Origin: the human T2T-CHM13v2.0 reference genome, Homo sapiens
Length of the DNA: 64,000 nucleotides
Assembly: GCF_009914755.1 (NCBI RefSeq)
Contig: NC_060947.1
Reading direction: 5' to 3' (one strand)
In this document: positions 31,046 through 57,500 of the stretch, one piece after another
How positions within the stretch are numbered: the first letter of the stretch is position 1
How the letters are laid out: each line of letters begins with the position of its first letter
The notes under the pieces: generated by a model
What the model was told of the DNA's origin: nothing
Databases searched by the model: none
What the model saw: the letters and a program-made list of their open reading frames with translations, nothing else
Translations under genes and position numbers: made by a program

Positions 31046-32496
31046 CTATCTATATCTATCTATCTATCTATCTATCTATCTACGTATAGATCTATCTATA
31101 TATATATATACAAATATATAGATAGTATATCTATATAGTATATATTTGTGTATATATATATTTTGTATATATATATACCAAATATATAGATATAGATATA
31201 CTATCTATATCTATCTATCTGTATAGATATAGATATACTATCTATATCTATCTATCTGTATAGATATAGATATACTATCTATATCTATCTATCTGTATAG
31301 ATATAGATATACTATCTATATCTATCTATCTGTATAGATATAGATATACTATCTATATCTATCTATCTGTATAGATATAGATATACTATCTATATCTATC
31401 TATCTGTATAGATATAGATATACTATCTATATCTATCTATCTGTATAGATATAGATATACTATCTATATCTATCTATCTGTATAGATATAGATATACTAT
31501 CTATATCTATCTATCTGTATAGATATAGATATACTATCTATATCTATCTATCTGTATAGATATAGATATACTATCTATATCTATCTATCTGTATAGATAT
31601 AGATATACTATCTATATCTATCTATCTGTATAGATATAGATATACTATCTATATCTATCTATCTGTATAGATATAGATATACTATCTATATCTATCTATC
31701 TGTATAGATATAGATATACTATCTATATCTATCTATCTGTATAGATATAGATATACTATCTATATCTATCTATCTGTATAGATATAGATATACTATCTAT
31801 ATCTATCTATCTGTATAGATATAGATATACTATCTATATCTATCTATCTGTATAGACATAGATATACTATCTATATCTATCTATCTGTATAGACATAGAT
31901 ATACTATCTATATCTATCTATCTGTATAGACATAGATATACTATCTATATCTATCTATCTGTATAGACATAGATATACTATCTATATCTATCTATCTGTA
32001 TAGACATAGATATACTATCTATATCTCTCTATCTGTATAGACATAGATATACTATCTATATCTCTCTATCTGTATAGATATAGATATACTATCTATATCT
32101 CTCTATCTGTATAGATATAGATATACTATCTATATCTCTCTATCTGTATAGATATAGATATACTATCTATATCTCTCTATCTGTATAGATATAGATATAC
32201 TATCTATATCTCTCTATCTGTATAGATATAGATATACTATCTATATCTATCTATCTGTATAGATATAGATATACTATCTATATCTATCTATCTGTATAGA
32301 TATAGATATACTATCTATATCTATCTATCTGTATAGATATAGATATACTATCTATATCTATCTATCTGTATAGATATAGATATACTATCTATATCTATCT
32401 ATCTGTATAGATATAGATATACTATCTATATCTACTTATCTATATAGATATAGATATATATAGATAGATAGATAGATCTATCTATCTATATATATA
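31046..32496. repeat. AT-rich array: (CTAT)n/(TA)n flanks around ~34 copies of the 37-bp unit CTATCTATATCTATCTATCTGTATAGATATAGATATA (~31185-32460)
   Basis: Unit starts recur at 31201, 31238, 31571, 31941 and 32311 (period 37). Confidence 0.97.
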
Positions 32497-35400
32497 CCAA
32501 AAACTGGTGAGCACTCACAATATCTGGTTTTAATTTCATATCACTGAAATAAGCACTGGAAAGGTAGGAAAAACTGTCATGAATCACCAACTTCCCACCT
32601 CCTCCATCCCCCAACAGTGATGGCATAATGTGGAGATCATTCCTCTGCCCTGGGGAGAGGGAGAGTCAGCAACTGTGATGCATTGAACTCAGTGCTGCTC
32701 TTATTATATCAGGAAGCAAAAATGGACAAAACTCAGCTGATGCTTGCCAATGGAGGAAGCATTTAAACCAGCCCTAGCCAGAGAGGGATCACCAATCTTA
32801 GTGGTCAGAATTTGAGTTCCTGCAAGCCTTGCCACCATAAACTAGAGGTCTCTGGGGCCCCAAATAAAGCTGAAAATCAGTCTAGGCCACAAGGACTGCA
32901 ACACCTAAGCAAGTCCTGGGGCTGAACTTGGCCAAAATACGCTAGACTGTGGGGGCATGTGATTTACTGAGACATCAGCTGGGGCACCTAGGGAGAATTG
33001 GCATCATCCCTCCCCTAAGCTCAGGCTGCACAGCTCACAGCCCTAAAAGAGACCCCTTCCCTCCAGTGAGGAGAGGAGAGGGAAGAGTGGGAAGGACTTT
33101 GTCTTGAATCTTGGATATCAGCTCAGCCACAACAGGATAGGGTGCTGGTCAAAGTTGTGAGGTACCCTTTCCACACGCTAGCTAGCTCCTGGATGACATT
33201 TCTTGACACATGCTGGGCCAGAAGGGAACCCACTGCCTTGAAGGGAAGAACCCAGTCCTGGCAAGATTTATCACCTGCTAACTGCAGAACACTTGGGCCC
33301 TGAATAACTATCAGAGATACCCAGGCACTACATCAAGGGCTTTGGGTGAGACACTGAGACTTGATAACTTCAGGTGAGACTCAGCACATTCCCAGCTGTT
33401 GTGGCTACAGGGCAAGACTGCTTCTGCTTGAGAAAAGTGAAAGAAAAAGTAAATGGGACTTTGTCTTGCATCTTAGATACCAACTCAGCCACAGGGTCCC
33501 TGACTCCTGGATTTCCCTCTCAGATGGCATTTCTGGACCTGTCCTGGGCCATAGAGGAGCCCACTCCCCTGAAAGGAAAGTCCCAGGTGAGGCATCATTC
33601 ACCACAAGCTGACTGAAGAGCCCTTGGGCCTTAAAAGAACATTGGTGGTAGTCTGACAGTACTCCTCATGGGCCTGAGGTGGTAGTAGCCACAGAGTGAG
33701 ACTCCTCTGCATTTAAAGGATGAGGGAAGAGAGTAGGAAGAACCGAATCTCCTGGTTTTAGTGCCAGCTCAGCCAGAGTACAACAGAATATAAGGTAGAC
33801 TTCTAAGGTTTTTGACTCTAGACTTCAGCTCCCAGACAGCATCCCTGGACCTGCCCAGGGCCTGGGGGGAACTCGCTGCTCTGAAGGGAAGTATATGAGC
33901 CTAGATGGCTTTGCCACCTGCTGATTGTAAAGGCCCAGGGCTGTGAGCAAACATAGGTAGTAGCCAGGGAGTGGTTACTGCAGGCTTTAGGCAAGACCCA
34001 GTGCTGTGCTGGCTTCAAGTCTGACCCAGTGCAGTCCTAATGCTGGTGGCCATAGGGGCGCTTATGTCACTCCACCCCCATCTCCAGGTAGCTCAGAGGA
34101 GAGAGATAGGCTTCATTTGTTAGGGAGAAAATAAGGGGAAAGAACAAGAGTCTCTGTCTGGTAATCTAAAGAATTCTTCCAGATTGTATCCAAGACAATC
34201 AAGGTAGTACCTCTACAAGGCTAGAAGAATGACAGCACTACAAGGCTTTTGGTCCCTTCTAAAGCAGATATAGCTTAGATCAAAACACTCAAGTCCTTTT
34301 AAATATCTGGAAAGTCTTCTTAAGAAGGATGGGTGTAAAAAAGCCCAGAGTGTGAAGACTATAATACTTAACTTTTCAATGCCCTAAAACTGATGAATAT
34401 CTACAAGTACCAAGAAGATCCAGGAAAATGTGGCCTCACCAAATGAACTAAATAATGCATCAGGGGACAATCCTGGAGAAATTATTAGACACAGAATTCA
34501 AAAGAGTTGTTCTGGGGAAACTCAAAGAAATTCAAGATAACACAGGCAAAGAATTCAGAATTCTATAAGATAAATTTAACAAACGAAATAATAAAAAAGC
34601 AAAAATTCTGGAGCTGAAAAATGCATTTGGCATATTGAAGAATGCATCAGTTTTTAACAGCAGATTTAGCCAGGCAAAAGAAAGAATTACTGAGCTTGAA
34701 GATAAGCTACTTGAAAATATAGTCAGAGGAGAGAAAAGAAAAGAATAAAAAACAGTGAAGCATACATACAAGATCAAAAGAATAACCTCAAAGGGTAAAT
34801 CTAAGGGTTATTGGCCTTATAGAGTAGCTAGAGAAAGAAATATGGCTGGAAAGTGTATTCAAAGGGATAATAACAGAAAACTTCCCAACCTAGAGAAACA
34901 TATCAGTATTGAAGTACAAGAAGGCTGTGGAACACCAAGTAGATTTATCCCAAAGAAGATTACCTGGAGGTATTTAATAATCAAACTCTCAAAGATCAAA
35001 TATAAAGAAAAGATCCTAAAGCAGCCAAAGAAACAAATAACATACAATGGAGTTCCAATGCATCTGGCAAAAGACTCTTCAGTGGAAACCGTACAGGCCA
35101 GGAGAGAGTAGCGTGATATATTTAAAATGCTGAAGGAAAAAAAATTACACTAGAATAGTATATCTGGTGAAAATATCCTACTAATATGAAGAAAAAATAC
35201 AGACTTTACAAGACAAACAAAAGCTGAGGGATTTTATCAACACCAGACCTGTCCTAAAAGCAATGCTAAAGGAAGTACTTCAATCAAAAAGAAAAGGATG
35301 TTAATGAGCAATAAGAAATCATCTGAAGGTACAAAACTCGTTGATAATAGTAAGTATTCATAAATACCCACAATATCAGAACACTGTACCTGTGGTGTGT

Positions 35401-36870
35401 AAACTACTCTTATCTTAAGTAGAAAGACTACAAGTTGAACCAATGAAAGATAATAATTACAACTTTTCAAGACATAGAGAGTACAATAAGATATAAATAA
35501 AAACAACACCAAGTTTAAAAGTGGAAGGACAAAGTAGGTAAGTTATAGACTTTTATTAGTTTTGTTTTCACTTGTTGGTTTGTTTACTTATGTAAACAGT
35601 GTTAAGTTACTATGAGCTTAAAATGATTGGATATAAGATAGTATTTGCAAGACTCATGATAACCTCAAACAAAAAAATACAACAAATACACAAAATAAAA
35701 TGGAAGAAACTAAATAATATAACCAGAGAAAGTCACCTTCAAAAAAAAAGAAGACAAAAAGGAAAAAAAAGAAGGCAGAGAAGACAACAAAACAACCAGA
35801 AAACAAATAACAAAATGGAAAAAGTAAGACCTTACTTATCAATAATAACATATTGAATGTAAATGGGCTAAACTCTCCAATCAAAAGACATAGACTAAAA
35901 GGATAAAAAACACACTACAGCTATAAAGACACACATAGACTAAAAGTAAAGAGATTGAAAAAGATATTCCTTACCAAGCACACTAAAACAAAAGCAGGAG
36001 TAGCTACACTTATATGAGAAAAATATACATTTCAAGACAAAAACTATAAGAAGAGATAAATAAGGTCGATATATAATGATAAAAGATCAATTCAGCAAGA
36101 GGATATAAAAATTTTAAATATATGTTCACCAAATACTGGAGAATTCAGACATCTAAAACAAATAATATTAGAGCTAAAAAGAGATACAGGCCCCAATACA
36201 ATAATAGCTAGAGACTTCAAAAACCCACTTTCAGCATTAAGCAGATCTCACAGACAGAAACTGAACAAAGAAACACTGGATTTAATCTGCACTACAGAAC
36301 AAATGGACCTAATAGATATTTACAAACATTTTATTTAGCATCACAGAATACACATTCTCCTTCTCTACACAAGGATTATTCTCAAGGATGGATCACAGGT
36401 TAGGTCATAAAAAGGCTTTAAAAATTCCAAAAAAAGTTGTAATAATATCAAGCATCTTCTCTGACCACGTTGAAACAAAACTAGACACCAATAACAAGAG
36501 GAATTTTGGAAACTATAAGAATACATGGAAATCAAACTACAGGGTTCAGAATGACCATTGGGTCACAGAATAAATTAAGAAGGAATTTTTTTAAAAATTA
36601 AAACAAATAATAATTGGAACAAAACATACCGAAATGTATGGGAAACAGCAAAACTAGTATTAAGATGTAAGTTTATAGCTATAAGTGCCTACATCAAAAA
36701 AGAAGAATAACTTCAAATAAATAACTTAACAATGCCTCTTAAACAATTAGGAAACCAAGAGTAAACCAAAACCAAAATTAGTAGAACAAAGAAATAATAA
36801 AGATCAAAGCAGAAGGAAATGAAATTGAAAGTTAAAAAAAAAAGATCGTTTTAAAAGAGTTGGTGTTTTT

Positions 36871-38324
<1,454 letters not shown>

Positions 38325-38554
38325 TTAATCAAAATTGATGAACTTTTAGCCAGGCTTCCTGAGAAAAAAAGAGAAATTAATAAAATGAGAGATGAAAAAG
38401 GAGACATTACAATTGATATTGCAGAAATTCAAAGGATCATTAGTAGCTACTATTAGCAATTACATGTTAATAAATTGGAAAAAAAATAGATAAATTCCTA
38501 GACACACGCCACCTACCAAAATTAAACCATGAGGAAATCCAAATCATAAACTGA

Positions 38555-41826
<3,272 letters not shown>

Positions 41827-42845
41827 GATTTGAATAGACATTCCTCAAAAGAAGACATACAAATGACAATCAGGTGTATAAAAAGGTGCTCAATTTCATT
41901 GGTTATTATAGAAATACAAATTAAAACTACAATGAGATATAATTTCACCCCAGTTGAAAAATATTATATCCAAAAGACAGGGAATAACAAATGCTGGTGA
42001 GAATGAGAAGAATAGGGAACTCTAGTAAACTATTGGAAGAAATGTAAATTAGTACAACTGGTATGGTAACCAGTTAGGCATTTCCTCCAAAAATTAAAAA
42101 AGAGCTACTATATGATCCAGGAATCCCATCTCTGGATATACACTCAAAAGAAAGGAAATTACTATATTGAAGAGACATTTGCACTCCCATGTTTGTTGCA
42201 GCATGGCTGGCAATAGCCAAGATTTGGAAGCAACCTAAGTGTCCATCAACAGATGAATGGATGAAGAAAATGTGGCACTTATACACAATGGAGTACTATT
42301 CAGCCATAGAAAACAATGAGATTCAATCATTTGAAACAACATGCATGGAACTGAAGGTCATATTCTATGTGAAATAAGCCAGGCACCTAAATCATTGCAT
42401 GATCTCACTTATTTTGAGGATCTAAAAATCAAAATAATTGAACCAATTGAGATAGAGAGTAGAAGAATGATTACTAGAGGCTGAGAAGGTTAGTCAGAGG
42501 TTGAGGGGGAGGTTAGGATGCTTAATGGGTTAAAAAATAGAGTGAATGTATAAGACCTGGTATTTGATAGCATGACAGGATGACTGTAGTCAATAATAAT
42601 TTAATTGTATATTTTAAATAACTAAAAGAGTAGAATTTCATTGTTGTAACACAAAGAATAAATGTTTGAGGGGATGGATACTCCATCTTCCATGATGTAA
42701 TTATTATGTATTGCATGCCTGTATCAAAACATCTCATGTAACTTATAAATATATGTACTACTATATACCCAAAAAATTAAAAACATAAAAGAAAAAAGGA
42801 AACAAAAAAATTTTAAGACAACTAGAGAAAAATTAGCAACATGAA

Positions 42846-42915
42846 TATGTAACAAACCTGCACATTGTGCACATGTACCCTAAAACTTAAAGTATAATAA
42901 TAGTAAAATAAAAAA
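42846..42915 (+). mobile_element. Ultra-short L1PA 3' end insertion
   Basis: Last ~55 nt of an L1PA plus A-tail; TSD aaaattagcaacatgaa / aaaataacaacatgaa. Confidence 0.8.
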
Positions 42916-43203
42916 ATAACAACATGAAAGAAACAAAATCTCACATATTGATATCAACCTTGAAAATGAATGAATTAAATGCTCCAATTAAAATATATAG
43001 ATCTGCAGAATAAATTTTTAAAATGACCCAACTATATGCTGCTTACAAGAAACTTACCTTTCCTGTAAAGACACTTACAGACTAAAAGGAAAGAAATGGG
43101 AAAAAGATATTCCATATAGATGAAACCCAAAATTGAGAAGTAGCTATACTCATATCAGATTAAAAACACTTATTTCATTAAACCAGTAAATATAAGACAA
43201 AGA

Positions 43204-43495
43204 GTCAGGTGTGGTGGCTCATGCCTGTAATCCCAGCACTTTGGGAGGCTGAGGTGGATGGATTGCTTGAGCTCAGGAGTTCAAGACCAACCTGGGCAGC
43301 ATGGTGAAACCCCATCTCTACAAAAAATACAAAAATTAGCCAGATGCTGTGGCACATACCTGTAGTCCCAGCTACACAGGAGGTGGGAGGATCGCTTGAT
43401 TCCAAGATGTGAAGGTTGCAGTGAGTTGTGATTGCGCTACTGCACTCCAGCGTAGGTGACAGAGTGAGACTCTGTCTCAAATGAAGATAAATAAG
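43204..43495 (+). mobile_element. AluJ
   Basis: Alu dimer with 'ggattgcttgagctcaggag'; TSD taagacaaag on both sides. Confidence 0.88.
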
Positions 43496-43539
43496 TAAGA
43501 CAAAGGACATTATAACATGTTAAAAGGAGTCCATTTCCA

Positions 43540-43630
43540 AGGTTGCAGTGAGCCCAGATCATGCCACTGCACTCCAGCCTGGGTGACAAGAGTGAGACTC
43601 CATCTTAAAAAAAAAGAGAGAGAGAGAGAG
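43540..43630 (+). mobile_element. 5'-truncated Alu right-arm fragment with (GA)n tail
   Basis: 'ggttgcagtgagcc...gagactccatct' plus A/GA tail; TSD gagtccatttcca / gagtctatttcca. Confidence 0.8.
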
Positions 43631-43635
43631 AGTCT

Positions 43636-44120
43636 ATTTCCATTCATTTCCAAAAAAAATTAAATTTCTGCCTTAATTTCATTGTTTACCAAAAGATTAT
43701 TTAGGAGCATGTTGTTTAATTTCTTGGTATTTGTGCAGTTTCTGGAGTTCCTCTTGTATTGATTTCTGGTTTTACTCTGCTGTGATCTGATAAGATTCTT
43801 GATGTAACTTCCATTTTAAAAAATTCGTAGAGACTTGTTTCGTGGCCTTATACATGGTCTATCTTTCAGAATGTTCCACATGCTGACAAAAAGAATCTAT
43901 ATTCTGCAGTTGTTGGGTAGTCTAAAGCCCGATTTACATCCAATGGTTTTTTGTGGACAGTATATTTGACAGTCTGTCCAGTGCTGTGATTGGGGCAAAG
44001 AAGTCCCCCATGATTATTGTATTGCTATCTTTTTCTTTAGGTCTAATTGTATTTGTTTTATAAATCTAATGGCTCTGGTGTTGGGTATCTATATAGGTTG
44101 TTACACCCTCTTGCTGAATT
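43636..44120 (-). other. Inverted ~480-bp segment of the host L1 ORF2 (EN region)
   Basis: Its reverse complement starts aattcagcaagag, the expected continuation after aaaaggagtc at 43531, and ends where sense sequence resumes at 44121. Confidence 0.8.
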
Positions 44121-45864
44121 TTGAAATAAATGGAAATTGAAACACAAGTTACCATAACCTTTGGGATACAGGAAAGGCAGTGCTGAGAGGGAATTTTATA
44201 GCATTAAATGCCTACATTCAAAAAACAGAAATATCATAAACTAGCAATTTAACATTGCACCTTAAGGAACTAGAAAAACAAGAACAAACCAAACCCAAAC
44301 TTAGCAGAAAAAGAGATATCAAATATAAGAGTAGAATTAAATAAAATTGAAACCAAAAAATATATAAAGGATTAACAAATTGAAAAGTTGTTTTTTTGAA
44401 ATGATAAACAAAATTAATAAACTGCTAGCTAGACTCCCAAGAAGAGAGAAGATCCAAATGAATATAATCAGATATGAAAAAGAAGACATTACCACTGACA
44501 TCACAGAAATACAAAAGACAATCAGAGACTGCTATGAACAACTCTACATTCACAAACTAGAAAACCCAGAGGAAAATGGATAAATTCCTGGAAACATACA
44601 ACCTCCCAAGATTGAACCAGAAAAAAAATAGAAATCTTGAACAGAGCAACAATGAGTAGAAGATTGAATCAATAATAAAAATCACCCCTTCCCAAAAAAG
44701 ATGGATACACAGGGGAACTCTACCAAACATGAAAAGAGAAACTGGCATCAATATTCCTGAAACTGTTTCAAAAAAATAAAGAATAGAATCCTCCCTATTT
44801 CATTCTATGAAACCAGTATCAGCTGTATACCAAAACCAGACAATGACACAACCAAAAAAGAAAACTACAGACCACTATTCCTGATGAACATAGATGGAAA
44901 AATTCTAAAAAAATCAGCAAATATAACTCAACAGCACATCAACAAGATAATATATCATGATCAAATGTGTTTTATTTCAGAAATGCGAATATGGTTTGAC
45001 ACATGAAAGTCAATAAATGTGCTTCATCACATAAACAGAATAAACAAAAATCACATGATTATTTCCATAGATGCAGAAAGAGCATTTGATAAAATTCAGC
45101 ATCCCTTCATGATAAAACCTTCAACAAACTAGGAATAGAAGGAACATACCTGAAAATAATAAATGCCATATGGAACAGACTCAGAGCCAACATTATACTG
45201 AATGGTGGAAAGTTGAAAGTATTCCCCCTAAGAACCAGAAAAAAGATAAAGATGCCCGCTTTCACTACTATTCCACACAATACTGGAAGTCTTAGCCAGA
45301 GCAATCAGGGAAGAGAAAAATAAAAGGCATACAAATTGAAAGAGAGGGAGTCAAGTTATCTCTGTTTCTAAAGTATGATCTTATATCTAGAAAAGTCTAA
45401 ATACTCCTCCAAAAAACTCTTAGATTTGATAAATGATTTCAGTAAAGTTTCAGGATTCAAAATTAACATATAAAAATCAGTAGTATTTTATACAACCATA
45501 ATAATCAAGCTGAGAACAAAATCAAGAAGGCAATCCTGTTCACATTAGCCACAAAAAAATGCAGGGAAAACATATTTAGGATGTAAAATACCCAGGAATA
45601 AAGTGAAGGAAGTGAGAGATCTCTACAATAAAAATTATGAAAAATTGATGAAATAAATTTATAGAGGCCACAAATGTGAGCAGAATATCTCATGCTCATG
45701 GATCTGAAGAATTAATATCATTAAACTGACCATACTGCACAAAGCATTCTACAGATTGAATGCCATCCCTATTCAAAATAATATTGTAATTTTCACAGAA
45801 TTTGAACAAACAATCCTAAAATTAATATGGAACCAAAAAAAAAGAGCCTGAATAGCCAAACCAA

Positions 45865-46088
45865 TTTTTTTTTAACTTTAAATTTCAGGGCTACATGTGC
45901 AAGTTTGTTATATAGGTAAACTTGTGTTATGGGGGTTTGTTGCACAGATTATTTCATCACACAGGTATTAAGCCTAGTACCCATTAGCTATTTTTCCTAA
46001 TCTTTTCCCTCCTACTCTCTACCTTTCAATAGGCCCCAGTGTCGTCTTTCCCCTCTATGTGTCCATGTGTTCTCATCATTTAGCTCCA
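45865..46088 (-). mobile_element. Short older L1PA (about PA13) 3' end
   Basis: 'ataggtaaacttgtg...cagattatttcatcac...ggtattaagcctagtaccc' with a T-tail. Confidence 0.8.
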
Positions 46089-46338
46089 GCACAGCAATCT
46101 TAACACCAAAAGACAAAGCTGGAAGCATCACCTTATTTGATCTCAAATTATGGGGTTATAATAACCAAAAGAGCATGATATTAGTATAAAAACAGACACA
46201 AAATGTAATGGAACAGAATAGAGAACCTAGAAATAAAGACACATATCTAGAGCCAACTGATTTTTGACAAAGGTGACAAAAATATACACCAGGAAAAAGC
46301 CATCCTTTTCAATAAATAATACTGGAAGAATTAGATCA

Positions 46339-46656
<318 letters not shown>

Positions 46657-47113
46657 TTAGATCACCATATGCATAAGAATGAAACTAGATCTCTATCTCT
46701 CATCATATACAAAAATCAACTCAAGATGGATGAAATAATTAAATGTAACAGAAGAAACTATAAAAATACTAGAAAAAAGCTAGATAAAACTTCTCTTGGC
46801 TTTGGTCTAGGCAAAAAACTCCTGACAAAGTGCTCAAAAGCAGAGACAACAAAAACAAAATAGGCAAGTGAGACTTAATTAAATTAAAAAGCTTCTACAC
46901 GGCACATGAAATAATCAACCCACTGTACAGACAACCTGCAAAATGGGAGAAAATATTTGCAAGCTATGCAACTGAAGGAAATGACATTCAGGATTTACAA
47001 GGAACTCAAGAAACTCAACAAGAAAAACAGGAGGGGTGGAACAAGATGGTGAAATAGAAGGCTCCACTGATTATCCCTCCTACAAGCACACCAGTTTAAA
47101 ACTATCTACACAA

Positions 47114-54513
<7,400 letters not shown>

Positions 54514-57500
54514 AAAACTATCTACACAAAAAAGCACCATCATTAGAACTAAAAATAAGATGAGCACTCACAGAGTCCAGTTTTAACTTTATATCACTGA
54601 AAGAGGCACTGAAGAGGTGGGAAAAAGAGTCTTAAGTGATGAATGCCACCCCTCCCCCATCCCTAGATATTGGCCGTATGGTGCAGAGAGCATTTCTGTG
54701 CACTACGGAGAGGGACAGTGCAGCAGTTGTGAAGTATTTCACTCAATGGTGCCCTGTTGTAGCAGAAAATAATACCAGACCAAACTCAGCTGACACCCAT
54801 CCAGGTGTAGAGCATTCAAACCAGCCGTAGGTGGTGAGAATCTCTGATCCCAACAGCCCAAACTTGAGTTCCCACAAGCCTCGCCACCATGGGCTAAAGT
54901 ACTCTGGGATCCCAAGTAAACTTGAAATGCAGCCTAGGCCACAATAACTGCTACTCCTAGGTAAGTACTAGTGCTGAATTGGGCGGAGCCAGTGGACTAG
55001 GGTGCATGTAACCTACTGGGACACCAGCCTGGGTAGCTATAGAAGTGCTGGCATCCTCCTCCCCTAACCCCAGGCTGCACAGTTCACAGTTCCAAAAGAG
55101 ACACCTTCCCTTTGCTGAAAACAGGAGAGGGAAAAATGGGAGGACTTTATCTTCCATTTTGAATACCAGCTCAGCTGCATTAGTATAGGGCACCGGTCAA
55201 AGTCCTGAGGCCACCTTTTCAGGCACTAGCTCCTGGATGACATTTCTAGAGACACTCTGGGCCAGAAGGGAAGCTACTGCCTTGAACGGAAAGACCCAGT
55301 CCTGGTGAGATTCATTACCTGCTAACTGAAGAGCCCTAGGGCCCTGAATAACCAGCAGAGAAACCCAGGTACTATGACAAGGCCCTTCGGTGAAACTTTC
55401 AGACTTGCTGGCTTCAGGTGAGACTCAGCACATTCCCAGCTTTGGTGGCTACAAGGTGAGACTCTTTTCGATTGAGAAAAGTAGAGGAAAAATTAAAGGA
55501 GATTTTGTCTTGGACTTTAGGTACCAGCTCAGCCACAGAAGGGTAGAGCACCAAGCCAGTTTTTGGGGTGCCCAATTCCAGGGCTTGGCTCTTGGACAGC
55601 ATTCCTGGACTGGGTCTGGGCCACAGAAGAGCCCACTGCCATGAAAGGTGAGTCCAAGGCCAGGCAGCATTCACCGCAAGCTGACTGAAGAGCTTCTGGG
55701 CTTTAAGAGAACAAAAGAGGTAGTCTGGCAATTCTACCCCTGGGACTGTAGTGGTGATGGCCATGGGGTGAGGCTCCTCTGTCTTTGAAAAGGGGAGGGA
55801 AGAGTGGGGAGGTCTGCATATTGTAATGTGAGTGCCATTTCAGCTGCAGTAAAATAGAAAACCAGGTAGATTTCTAAGGTTTTTGACTCTAGTGTCTGGC
55901 TCCCAGACAACAACTTTGGACTTGTCTGGCACCTAGAGGAACTTGCTACCCTGGACATAGGCCTAATTGGCTTTGCCACCTGCTGAATGTAGAGTCCCCA
56001 GGACCTTGAGAGAACATAGTCTATAGCCAGGGAGTGGTTACAGCAGGACTTGGGTTAGACTTAGTGCTTCGCTGGCTTCAGACCTGACCCAGAGCAAGTC
56101 CTAGTGGTAGGGGCATCAAAGATGTTTGTGTAATTTCACGTCACCTCCAGGGGGCTCAGAACAGAGATAAACTCTATTTAGGGGAAAATAAAATAAGAAA
56201 ACATGAGTCTCTGCCTGGTAATGAAGAGAATTCTCCCAGATCTTGTCCAAGACCATTCAGGCAGTACCTCTTCAAGTCTGCTAGAACCGCAGTACTGGGC
56301 TTGGGGGTCCCTGTAAAACAGATAAAGCTTAGATCACAACACTCAAGTCCTTTCAAATATCTGGAAAGCCTTCCTAAGAGGAAAAGATACAAACAAGACC
56401 AGACCAAGAAGACTACAATAAATACTGGATTCTTCAATGCCCAGACATAGATGAACATCCACAAGTATCATGACTGTCCAAGAAAATATGACTTCACCAA
56501 ATTAACTAAATAAGGAATCAGGGAACAATTCTGGTGACCTTTCAAAGAGAGTATTAAAAATAGTTGTTCTGAAAAAACTCAAAAAAATTCAAGAAAACAA
56601 AGAGAAGGAATTCAGAATTCTATCAGAATAATTTAAATAAAAGATTGAAATAATTAATAATAAAGAGAAATCCTGGAGCTGAAAAATGCAATTGGCATAC
56701 CAAAGAATATATCAGAGTCTTTTGTAGTAAAATTGATCAAGCAGAAGACAAAATTAGTGAGCTTAAAGACAGGCTATTTGAAAAAAACACAGAGGAGACA
56801 AAAGAAAAAAAGAACAATAAACAATAAAGTATGCCTACAGGATCTAGAAAATTACCTAAAAAGTGCAAATCTAAGAGTTATTGGCCTTAAAGAGGAGGTA
56901 GAGAAAGAGATAGGGGTAAAAAGTTTATTCAAAGAAATAATAACAGAGAACTTCCCAAACCTAGAGAAATATACCAATTTGTAAGTAAAAGAAGGCTATA
57001 GAACACCAAGTAGATTTAACTCAAAGACAGTCAAAAAAAATGAAGTAAAGGGCATCCAAATTGGAAATGAACAAGTGAAACTCATTTCGTTTGCATGAGA
57101 TATGATCTTCTATTTAGAAAAACCTAAAGACTACACCAAAAAAACTATTGGAACTGATGAACAAATTCATTAAGCTGCAGGATACAAAATCAACATACAA
57201 AAATTAGTATCATTTCTATATGCAAACAGAGAATAATCCAAAAAGAAATCAAGAATGTAATAAAATTTACAGTAGCCACAAATACAATCAAATGCCTAAA
57301 AATTAATTTAAACAATAAAGTGAAAAATCTCTACAATGAATACTATAAAATACTGCTGAAATAAATTGAAGGAGACACCTAAAAATGGGAAGATATTTTA
57401 TGTTCATAGACTGAAAGAATCAATATTGTTAAAAGGTGGATGCTACCCAAAACAATCTACAGATTCAATGCAATTCCTATCAAAATACTAATGATATTCT

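Noticed and set aside
31185-32460. 37-bp periodic palindromic array as CRISPR-like
   Set aside because: No unique spacers, low complexity, eukaryotic context and no cas genes; it is a minisatellite
33050-34000. Internal ~300-bp repeats here and similarity to 55100-56000
   Set aside because: Intrinsic repeated 5'UTR structure of L1MA-type elements, shared by two family members
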